From positions 1-24,282 of IMG/VR virus record IMGVR_UViG_3300028626_000223: a DNA stretch of 24,282 nucleotides; one strand, 5' to 3'. Each line of letters starts with the position of its first letter. The first letter of the stretch is position 1. The position numbers were made by a program, and so were the translations under genes. A model generated the notes under the pieces. That model saw only the letters and a program-made list of their open reading frames with translations. It was not told the DNA's origin and made no database searches. This document shows positions 7,177 to 14,719 of this stretch, piece by piece. The stretch is from a virus.

Positions 7177-10100
7177 CAGATCACCAACCGTCTGCTATCT
7201 GCTACCATCATCTGTTTAAACTTCTCAAAGAGTATCCGGTCGTCTTCCCGTTGCACAACAAACGTGTTGTGATTCGTTATCGTGGTCTTGGTAGTATCAG
7301 TCCGGACATTTGAGTTTGTATTGACCCGCGCAGGTATAATCGCTTCCCCTGAATGCACATTCACGACCCCATCTGATAATATATCTCCACCAGATGCCAT
7401 TGATGGAATATTCAGTGCCCCCTTTGCACTATTGAAGAGCCCGCCAATTCCCGGCAGCCCAGACAGATACCTATCAATAATCTCCATAATGGCAGATGGC
7501 AGCCCTGCGAGGTATTCTCCAAGCGACGCAAATGCCCCGAGTATTGCTTCCCTAACGGTGTCTCCAGCCGCAGCAGCAGATTCCTGCCACGCCGTTACTG
7601 TTGCAATCACAGCGTCAACAACTCCCGTTACTGTCGCAACCACAGCAGATAACACATCTCCTGCCTTTGTAAGTGCATCCGATATCGCTCGTGTTGCGGT
7701 ATCAATTCCTCCAGTGACTGCAGCACCAACTACAGCCGGAGCACCTTGCAGATCGACTCCTGTGTTATATGCAGTGGCCGCAACTGATCCAAGGAACCCA
7801 TACTGGTTCGTAAGGTGCCCCCCTGCATTCGCCTGTTCTGGAGTGAGGTTCAGTCCTGACGCGAGTTTGTCAGCCTCTTCTTTCATTGCAAAGAGGTCTT
7901 TGAATCCAAGTATAATTGGGCCGAGGATTGCTCCTCCTGCAGCACCAACCGGCCCGCCTATCGAACTGCCAGTAACTGCACCTGCAGTTATATCATTTAC
8001 CAAGGATGCGGCAATCCCTCCCATGTCTTCCCCAAGAGGACCAGCGATTGCTTTACCGATTGTTGCACCATCCCGGATCATAGAATCTCTGGCAAAGTAT
8101 CCTGCTACTCCAGCAACCGGCCCGAGTTTCGGGAATCTCGCAAGCAGTTTTGCAAACGCAAATGCCCCTGCAGCTGTCATCCCTCCGGTTGCAAGAGCCG
8201 CCCCGGTGTCTCCTGTTCGCAGGTATTCGGCTCCGCCAGTAAACACCCCAAGACCGGCACTCCCAACTAAAGCTGCGGTCCCGCCCTTTCCAAGAAACTT
8301 GTCTCCGACCTCTGCGACTTTCTTTCCCGCATTTACAACGGTATCTATTACGCCCTTTGCCGCCTCGACCGGCTTTGGGATGAACGCCTTTATTGCCTCA
8401 ACAACTTCGCCAAACTTTGTCTTTATAAACTCCCATAATCCCCCCGCCTTTTCATTTATCCGTTCCCAGATGCCGGCCGCTTTTTCTTTTATCCATTCCC
8501 ACACCCCGCTTGCTTTCTCCTTGAGCCATTCGAACAAGGACCGGGCCCCTTCCTTTATTGCTTCCCATATTGATTTGAACAGGTCTTTGAGGATATCGAG
8601 CATCCCTTTCCCTTCAACTCCGGGAACCGTTGCGACTGGCATGGCGTGCAATATAGAATTCAGAACTGCCAGCCCGAGACCGAGCAACGCAATGATTCCA
8701 AATCCTTCTATAGATATTAAAGAAAGGAGTGTTCTCTGCGATTTGCCTACACTGATTGCAGTCTCAATCTGTGCCTGCTGTCCTTTGACGAAGATCCTGC
8801 CGAGTCCGTGCATCCCTCCTTTAATCGCACCGATGGCAATACCGACACCAGCAATAGGTGCCATGACTGCTCCAATCATCTTACTTGCTACACCAAGCCC
8901 GCCAACAATTGATTTGCCGATGTCAGATGAAAGGAACGAGCCAACTCCCTGTGCAATGGTAGTGATCCCGCCTTTGAAGATGTCACCCGCACCGCCAACA
9001 ATGCCTCCCATCCATGACCCGAAGTCTCCACCTGCACCCGCAACTCCTCCTTCAGCCCGGTGTTCAAACCTGCGGACAACTTCTTTCGGCACGATGAGTT
9101 CGCCGGGTTCAGTAAGAACAGGAACGCTGTCTCCTCCACCATATCCGGGGATCCTCATACCAAGTGCAGCCTTGTACTTTATTATCCTCTGCCCAGACGG
9201 TTGTGGGATTGCCCCGTCTTCTTCTTCTTCTCCCGCAGGGCGATTTACTCGAACCCCTTCAAGTCCAGATGGCGAATCTCCAAACGGCCCGAATATCGCC
9301 ATGGATGCTCTTTTTGATCTCCCCCATATCCTCGACAGTATTCCCGGTCCTTGTTCTGGAGGAGTGTAAGGAGTTCCATTCAGAGCGGCAGTAAGTTTCT
9401 CAAACGCTGCAGCAGCGGCTTCAACGTCCTTCTTCATCTTATAGATGCTGTAAAGTGCAGCGAAAACTGCAACTCCAACAAGTGCGAGCCCTGTGCCAAG
9501 TGCTATCAATTTGTGGCCTTTGAAGAAGTTCCCGAGCCATATGAATCCTCTTGTGATGAGTAAGAATGCGGGGAGAAGCGGGCGGATTATCATGTCAAGC
9601 ATGTATCCCCATCCTCTGCCAACAGCACCCATGCTTTTCTGATACACTTGAGATGTTGCAGTAAGTATCCTCAATACATGAGCAAATATCAACCCTCCGG
9701 TCACTGCATACCGGGTGCTGGAAATCAGCCGGTCAAACTGCATCCCGAGTTTCCCCCCAGACACTTTTGCTTCAGCAACCGGATCATATCGCGGTTCTTT
9801 TCCCGGCCCAAACGCTGGCTGGCCTTCTGCAATGAGATTGAGGGTTTCCTTTACGGTCGTTTTAAACCCGCCTGCGGCATTTAAAAACGCAGGACCGACC
9901 TCTGATCGTATCTCATCAGAAAGCACCTGTGCTGTGACATGGGCAATGCCCCTTGCAGGGTCCGCAACGTATTCCGGAATTGGTGATATTGTGCCGCCTT
10001 CGACATCCTGCTCCATCTTTGTCCCGGTCTTTAAGAACCGTGCTCCCCCCATGGCTTTGAACAGCGGGTTTGGTATGACGTGGAACCCGCTGCCTGCAGG

Positions 10101-13100
10101 GACAAGCATCTCCGGGCCCTCTTCTCCGACGACTGCAGTCTGCCCGGGCATAAGCGGGCCTCCAGACGCAAGATACTTGAATATGTTTGGGATTCTGGTC
10201 CCAGCGGGGACAATAGTTCCTGCTGCAGTTACCGGGTCGAACACCTCATAGGGGAACGCCGTAAGAGAGAAGGCTTTCAGAGCAGGGTGCTCCCGTGACA
10301 TGACTCCTTTCTTTGGCAGTGCAAGCCGGACATCAGGAGAAACTTTTGGAGAGGATAAGAAGTCCTTGATGTTCGCTGCCATCGGGATGAGCGGTTCTAA
10401 CGGGTTCTGTTCTCCCACTGGCATAAACCCCATCTTCAGATACGATGCAACCGTGTCTTTAAACGGTATTGCTTTCAGTTCAATATGGGTAAGTAGGTCC
10501 CCAACCGGCCCTTTCAGCGCCTTTGCAAGAGCCATGCCGATAAGAGTTGGTCCAAGCCCTTTCCCTCGCTCAAGTGCAGCGAGTTCGCCAACATACATGT
10601 TCCATCCGGACCCGCGGTCAGCAACACGTATCGGGAGAACGCTGTCGGTTAATGTTGGACGGTTGAACGATCCGATTGCCCCTGCGATGTTACTGGAGGT
10701 GTCGTAGGCAATCACCTTGTCCATTGGTTGCAGGAGCAGGTCTTTCGCAAGTGAGACAGATCGGTCAGCCACGAGGGAGTTGAGGTATGTGTATTCAGTC
10801 TTGTACTTCTTTCCGAGCGATGCGGCTTTCAATGCAGCGTCTGCTTCATAGGCGAATTCAAACGTCCCTCCTGCGAGTTTTCTCGGGAAAAGCGAAGAGA
10901 TGACATCAGACTGCCCTAGATCGTAGACCATGGCGTCAAATTGCTCGCGGTGATGTGAAATCCAGTCTTTTGAAAGCCCTTTTGTTAAGTATTTTAATTC
11001 AAGCCCTGATACCAGATCCGCCTTGATGGTCCTTGTTTTATAAAACGCATCGCGGACACCATCATATAAGTTTTCTTCTACGGTTTCGAGTGATCGAATG
11101 TCTGCGACCATCCCTTGCCCGCGAGACGAAATCAATTCAGCCTCGTGTGCGCTAATATACCCAAGACGCCCTTTCAACCGGTCTGTTATTTTGACCTTAA
11201 ATAAAAGTTCGTGGAATTCGCGAGATATTTGGGGCAACAGAGACAGGTATTGATATGATGGATCTATGCCTTGTATCACAGCGTCCCCTATTGTATACCT
11301 ATTCTTTGTGACGCTATACGTCATTCCCGGTGCCCTAAATAGTGTCGCCCCTTTTAATGCATCTACCAACCCCCCAGACGTTTTAGAGATGTGTTTATCG
11401 AACGCATCTATTTCTTTTATGAAGTCCGGGTTCGTTTGCCTACTTGTGCGATACGCCCCCCGCCCGCGTAAAAACGTGCGTAATTGCAGACTTGGTTTAT
11501 AATCCTCACTTGTTTTGTAGTCACCATACGGAGTGACGCCTTGGATCTCCTCTAGTGATTCTCCAACCGCTTTTGTGAATTGTTGGCCTATTGAGAATAG
11601 GGGGGCATTTAATGGCGCAAACTTATCATAAATCTCAGAACTCCATCTCAAAAACTTCTCTGAATCAACCTTGTATAAATGATCTCCGTAATCTAACGGG
11701 TGATCCACATAGTTGAAAAATGGAATTTTCAAAGCCTTGGAATATAATGACGGGGTTGACTTTTTGCTTATGGCATTACCAAGATCCCGCCACCCACTAG
11801 AGATAAACGCTTCATACGCCTCTATTGCTGCGTCTTCATTAGATCCAATAAGAAGATCATCAACTGTTCCACCAGCAAGCCGCCGAGGATTAATTATCCA
11901 CTCTCCGGGAGTGAGTTTGCCGAGGACCGAATCCTGATCCCCAGATCCCGGAACAATGCCTCCTTTGTTAAACCCGAGCAGCCGATCAATGATAGGTTTC
12001 CGAACACCGCCTTCAAGGTTCAGATACTTCTGCCAGTTGAGATCGCTCTGCTCACCAAGCACTTCTCCAAGGATCGGTGCAAGTTCATGGTTCAGGGCAT
12101 CTCCGATGATTTCTGCTATGGCTTTCTGCGGTGCTTCATCTTCAGCACTTTTCGGAACAGACCTGATGTCCTGAATGTATTTTTGCCGGACTAATCCGTT
12201 CTTGATCTCCAGCAGCGTTGTGTTGATTGTATCTAATTTTCCAGCGATACTGCTGACACCAGAGGTAGACTTTGCGCCGAACGACTCTTCGATCTGTTTC
12301 CCTATGGTCTTGAGTTTGCCACCGATGTTCTTCTGGATCTCTGCGGTGATGACATAGACCATCTCTTGTGATGCCAGTCTGACCCCATCAAGCATATCGG
12401 TGATCGACTGCTCAATGCCTGACATCCACATTGACTGCATTCCGATGAACTGATCGTATGCATCATCAAGGACTTTGATACGTTCGCGTGCAGACTTGAC
12501 GTAATCGGCTTCAGACTCGGTTGGCACCCGGCTTGCTCCACCAGATGCTCTGTGTTTAGATGGGCGTTTGTCTGGTTTTGATCTCGGGGTCGTTGTCGCT
12601 TCTCCCGTCTCGCCGGTTGCAGCCTTCTGTTTCTTTCTGAACTCTGCGACCTCTTCTGCCGTAAGTTGCTGTTTGCCCCCAATACCCTCCTGCTTTAATG
12701 CCGCTTTCTCGTTCTCAAGATCCTGCTGGGCTTTCTTCCAGAGGAACAATTTCTTCTGGTAATCTTCTTCTGCTGCATCGGCGAGCGATTGAGACACTGT
12801 AGTGTCCCCTGCGTCCATAGCATCGAAGAGAGCAGCTGCTTTCTTGTCAGCATCTTCCATCTCCTTCTGCAGCCGGGCAACGTCTGCTTCAAGTTTCTTT
12901 ATGGTTGCAGTGTGAAGAGACTGGGATTCAACAGCAGGAACGCCAGCAGCCTGTTTCTCTTTGACTGCTGCAACAACCTCTTCCTGAGTTACCTGCTTGA
13001 CTTCCTGCTTGACTTCCACCGTCACTTTCTGTTCAGGAGGTTTTCCGACCTCGACAACCTTGATCTTTGCCCGTTCTTTATGAAGAGCCTGCATCTCCTG

Positions 13101-13601
13101 AATCAACTTGTTCATCAGGGCTTTGTCGTCATCGGTGAGAGAATCGTTGCCGATCATCTCATGGATATGTTCCTGAATCTGGCCGAGTATTGCAGAACTT
13201 CCTTGCGACTTGGTTGCCTTGACGATCTTCAGAACCTTCTCAAAGAAGGCGTTATACATCTGGGCGTAATCAACGGCATAATAGTCCTGCCCCTTTCCAT
13301 ACTGGACTTTCACCAGCCCGGCAGACAGGGCTTTTGTCACCTTGCCTTTCCGAGATGACAGCAGGCGTTCTAGGCGGAGCAGTTCTCCATCATAATCCTT
13401 CTCAAAATTAGAGAGAGATCCTTCTATCTCAAGCAGGGCGTTGTTGAGAAACCCTTTTATCTGGTTCTCGCCAAGCCCGGAGAGTCCTTTTTCAACAAGT
13501 TGCCCGAGTTTCTTTGCACGGCTGGAGATCTGGTTGCTTGCAGTGGTCTTACCTATAGTACTCCGTGCCGTTACGTCTATCTCTGATGCGTTGTCTGTCA
13601 T
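7176..13601 (-). CDS. 2141-aa tape measure protein with embedded ADP-ribosyltransferase-like and GNAT cassettes (start revised to ATG 13601)
   Basis: Longest ORF, directly after the tail chaperone. It has Ala/Gly-rich helical regions, several hydrophobic segments, 11-residue Trp repeats and four AxGG...GE-hydrophobic-P modules typical of TMPs. Confidence 0.92.
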   Translation of the reverse strand: MTDNASEIDVTARSTIGKTTASNQISSRAKKLGQLVEKGLSGLGENQIKGFLNNALLEIEGSLSNFEKDYDGELLRLERLLSSRKGKVTKALSAGLVKVQYGKGQDYYAVDYAQMYNAFFEKVLKIVKATKSQGSSAILGQIQEHIHEMIGNDSLTDDDKALMNKLIQEMQALHKERAKIKVVEVGKPPEQKVTVEVKQEVKQVTQEEVVAAVKEKQAAGVPAVESQSLHTATIKKLEADVARLQKEMEDADKKAAALFDAMDAGDTTVSQSLADAAEEDYQKKLFLWKKAQQDLENEKAALKQEGIGGKQQLTAEEVAEFRKKQKAATGETGEATTTPRSKPDKRPSKHRASGGASRVPTESEADYVKSARERIKVLDDAYDQFIGMQSMWMSGIEQSITDMLDGVRLASQEMVYVITAEIQKNIGGKLKTIGKQIEESFGAKSTSGVSSIAGKLDTINTTLLEIKNGLVRQKYIQDIRSVPKSAEDEAPQKAIAEIIGDALNHELAPILGEVLGEQSDLNWQKYLNLEGGVRKPIIDRLLGFNKGGIVPGSGDQDSVLGKLTPGEWIINPRRLAGGTVDDLLIGSNEDAAIEAYEAFISSGWRDLGNAISKKSTPSLYSKALKIPFFNYVDHPLDYGDHLYKVDSEKFLRWSSEIYDKFAPLNAPLFSIGQQFTKAVGESLEEIQGVTPYGDYKTSEDYKPSLQLRTFLRGRGAYRTSRQTNPDFIKEIDAFDKHISKTSGGLVDALKGATLFRAPGMTYSVTKNRYTIGDAVIQGIDPSYQYLSLLPQISREFHELLFKVKITDRLKGRLGYISAHEAELISSRGQGMVADIRSLETVEENLYDGVRDAFYKTRTIKADLVSGLELKYLTKGLSKDWISHHREQFDAMVYDLGQSDVISSLFPRKLAGGTFEFAYEADAALKAASLGKKYKTEYTYLNSLVADRSVSLAKDLLLQPMDKVIAYDTSSNIAGAIGSFNRPTLTDSVLPIRVADRGSGWNMYVGELAALERGKGLGPTLIGMALAKALKGPVGDLLTHIELKAIPFKDTVASYLKMGFMPVGEQNPLEPLIPMAANIKDFLSSPKVSPDVRLALPKKGVMSREHPALKAFSLTAFPYEVFDPVTAAGTIVPAGTRIPNIFKYLASGGPLMPGQTAVVGEEGPEMLVPAGSGFHVIPNPLFKAMGGARFLKTGTKMEQDVEGGTISPIPEYVADPARGIAHVTAQVLSDEIRSEVGPAFLNAAGGFKTTVKETLNLIAEGQPAFGPGKEPRYDPVAEAKVSGGKLGMQFDRLISSTRYAVTGGLIFAHVLRILTATSQVYQKSMGAVGRGWGYMLDMIIRPLLPAFLLITRGFIWLGNFFKGHKLIALGTGLALVGVAVFAALYSIYKMKKDVEAAAAAFEKLTAALNGTPYTPPEQGPGILSRIWGRSKRASMAIFGPFGDSPSGLEGVRVNRPAGEEEEDGAIPQPSGQRIIKYKAALGMRIPGYGGGDSVPVLTEPGELIVPKEVVRRFEHRAEGGVAGAGGDFGSWMGGIVGGAGDIFKGGITTIAQGVGSFLSSDIGKSIVGGLGVASKMIGAVMAPIAGVGIAIGAIKGGMHGLGRIFVKGQQAQIETAISVGKSQRTLLSLISIEGFGIIALLGLGLAVLNSILHAMPVATVPGVEGKGMLDILKDLFKSIWEAIKEGARSLFEWLKEKASGVWEWIKEKAAGIWERINEKAGGLWEFIKTKFGEVVEAIKAFIPKPVEAAKGVIDTVVNAGKKVAEVGDKFLGKGGTAALVGSAGLGVFTGGAEYLRTGDTGAALATGGMTAAGAFAFAKLLARFPKLGPVAGVAGYFARDSMIRDGATIGKAIAGPLGEDMGGIAASLVNDITAGAVTGSSIGGPVGAAGGAILGPIILGFKDLFAMKEEADKLASGLNLTPEQANAGGHLTNQYGFLGSVAATAYNTGVDLQGAPAVVGAAVTGGIDTATRAISDALTKAGDVLSAVVATVTGVVDAVIATVTAWQESAAAAGDTVREAILGAFASLGEYLAGLPSAIMEIIDRYLSGLPGIGGLFNSAKGALNIPSMASGGDILSDGVVNVHSGEAIIPARVNTNSNVRTDTTKTTITNHNTFVVQREDDRILFEKFKQMMVADSRRLVI
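8385..8570 (-). repeat. 33-nt / 11-aa periodic TMP repeats (WEAIKEGARSL FEWLKEKASGV WEWIKEKAAGI WERINEKAGGL WEFIKTKFGEV)
   Basis: Aromatic residue every 11 aa, the classic amphipathic TMP repeat. Confidence 0.85.
10179..10862 (-). other. GNAT-fold acetyltransferase cassette inside the TMP
   Basis: MYVGELAALERGKGLGPTL (acetyl-CoA loop R-G-x-G-x-G, 10551-10571), then IELKA and VASYLKMGF (FY-x-K-x-GF-type motif, 10425-10442). Confidence 0.8.
10863..10886 (-). repeat. Cassette-boundary motif PRKLAGGT
   Basis: Near-identical peptide to PRRLAGGT at 11865-11888, encoded with different synonymous codons. Confidence 0.85.
10887..11864 (-). other. ADP-ribosyltransferase-like (VIP2/Alt, R-S-E clade) cassette inside the TMP
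   Basis: Ordered motifs DY...LRTFLRG, IKEIDAFD, TLFRA (Arg 11334-11336), GDAV...DPSYQYLSL, ISREF, LLFKVKI, GYISAHEAELISSRG (E-x-E 11136-11144). The STS motif is degenerate (YLS). Confidence 0.68.
11865..11888 (-). repeat. Cassette-boundary motif PRRLAGGT
   Basis: Directly follows the module FNKGGIVPGSGDQDSVLGKLTPGEWIIN and precedes the ART-like cassette. Confidence 0.85.
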
Positions 13602-14150
13602 AAGGATCTCTCTTGTGCCCAACGTTCTCGGGCTGCAGGCAGGGCATGTTCAAAGAACAACCGGTCCATATCAGTCAGCCGACCTAACCACGACGGGGGC
13701 CATCCAAGCAACCGGCACAGTTCGATGTCGTACTGACCTTCAGGCGCCTTTGCGAAAGTTTGCAGTCTGCTTCTCTTTGTTGCCGACCAGCGTATACATC
13801 ATCTCGAGCACTTCAAAGGCAATACCGTCTTCAGTGTCAATCAGTTCCCATGTCTTTGGAACGTTCCATGGAGACTCTTTGCACATGCCGGCAAGCACTT
13901 CATACGTGCTCATCTCCAGCGGTTCGAGACTGTCGCCCTGATTCTGCATCTTTTCCATTACCCGTCGCAGCGGTTTTGGAATGGTCGGCCGGATCTTGAT
14001 CGGGATCTCGTAGACGGTGAGCGTGAGAAACTGGTTCTCTACGTTGTGCAAAAGTTGGCGCACTTCGTCAAAAGAGGTTTGCTCTGCATCTACGTAAGTG
14101 GACAGTTCGTCCTGAAGTCTGGCGTATCTCTCCTCGTTTGTTTCTGCCAT
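13598..14150 (-). CDS. Predicted 183-aa frameshift product (GT-type tail assembly chaperone), +1 shift at TTT-CGC
   Basis: The +1 frame reads FAKAPEGQYDIELCRLLGWPPSWLGRLTDMDRLFFEHALPAARERWAQERSL*. It has no upstream start of its own, fills the whole chaperone-TMP gap, and its stop overlaps the TMP ATG (ATGA). Confidence 0.75.
13740..14150 (-). CDS. 136-aa tail assembly chaperone (gpG-like)
   Basis: Acidic helical protein between the tube and TMP genes. Confidence 0.8.
   Translation of the reverse strand: MAETNEERYARLQDELSTYVDAEQTSFDEVRQLLHNVENQFLTLTVYEIPIKIRPTIPKPLRRVMEKMQNQGDSLEPLEMSTYEVLAGMCKESPWNVPKTWELIDTEDGIAFEVLEMMYTLVGNKEKQTANFRKGA
13752..13757 (-). promoter_or_regulatory. Putative +1 ribosomal frameshift site TTT_CGC
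   Basis: In-frame UUU followed by C allows tRNA-Phe to re-pair on UUC; it lies just upstream of the gpG-like stop. Confidence 0.68.
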
Positions 14151-14191
14151 GATTATTCTTTATCCTTAAAAAGATAAGAATTGTGTGGGCC

Positions 14192-14656
14192 TTATGATCC
14201 CGACATCTCGACCATACGGCCAGTGCCTGACATCTCACGGGTAATGAACTCGTTCTGGTTCATGTTGATAGGCACACCATCAAACACAATGTCGGTGACG
14301 GTATAGGTCTGGGTCTGCTGGGTTTCTCCTGCAGATGCCGGGAGAGACTTGAACGATGCAGTTAGTGAGAACATCGGAGGGACGTTCTTTGTGGCTGACG
14401 TAAAGTCTGAACCCACCACCTGATTGAAGATGGTATCAGCAGCAGCATCCCATTTTGCATACTTGACGGTAACGTTGACCTTCAGACTGTGACGGGCAAC
14501 GGCTGCACGTCGAAGATCTTCCATACCGTAGAGTTCAACCATCTCATACTTTGGTTCCACTGTGATGCCCTGAAGTGCGGCAATCGTCAGTGAATTGTTA
14601 TCTTTGTCCTTAAAATCAAGGGACGCATTGTTTGCGAACCACGCTACTGCAACCAA
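14192..14656 (-). CDS. 154-aa tail tube protein (TTG start)
   Basis: SD AGGTGA 6 nt before TTG; beta-rich tube pattern (ITVEPKYEMVELYG...VNVTVKYAKWD...FSLTASF...YTVTDIVFD...FITREMSGTG); position before the chaperone. Confidence 0.8.
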   Translation of the reverse strand: MVAVAWFANNASLDFKDKDNNSLTIAALQGITVEPKYEMVELYGMEDLRRAAVARHSLKVNVTVKYAKWDAAADTIFNQVVGSDFTSATKNVPPMFSLTASFKSLPASAGETQQTQTYTVTDIVFDGVPINMNQNEFITREMSGTGRMVEMSGS

Positions 14657-14691
14657 TTTTTTTCACCTTATCGGATTATGTGAGCCGGGGA

Positions 14692-14719
14692 GATAAAAAT
14701 ATGAGCCGGATTTCTCCGG
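14692..14719 (-). terminator. Hairpin CCGGA-GAAA-TCCGG followed by a T-rich tract; terminator-like, or overlapping a promoter for the tube gene
   Basis: Starts immediately after the TAA at 14720; 5-bp stem with a GNRA loop, then CTCATATTTTTAT. Confidence 0.4.

Noticed and set aside
7282-9369. 695-aa plus-strand ORF
   Set aside because: Antisense shadow of the Ala/Gly-rich TMP. It has a Pro/Ser/Ala low-complexity translation, no SD and no motifs.
10158-11888. Intein or HEXXH self-cleaving peptidase as an explanation for the TMP insertions
   Set aside because: No Cys/Ser...His-Asn splice junctions, LAGLIDADG or HINT motifs at the boundaries, and no HEXXH seen in the TMP.
12992-13015. 12-bp tandem duplication CCTGCTTGACTT x2 (EVKQ repeat)
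   Set aside because: Trivial in-frame slippage duplication in a low-complexity linker.
13602-13622. ORF-track TMP start (TTG 13622)
   Set aside because: ATG 13601 overlaps the stop of the frameshift extension (ATGA), matching the operon's coupling pattern.
13740-13800. Classical -1 slippery heptamer for the tail chaperone
   Set aside because: The extension is in the +1 frame and no X_XXY_YYZ site is present.
9715-13941. Other plus-strand ORFs over the TMP and chaperone (9715-10251, 10300-10707, 12789-13358, 13441-13941)
   Set aside because: They fully overlap well-supported minus-strand genes, with no protein-like motifs.
14156-14180. Imperfect AT-rich inverted repeat between the tube and chaperone genes
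   Set aside because: It needs two bulges and is all A/T-rich, too weak to call a hairpin or operator.
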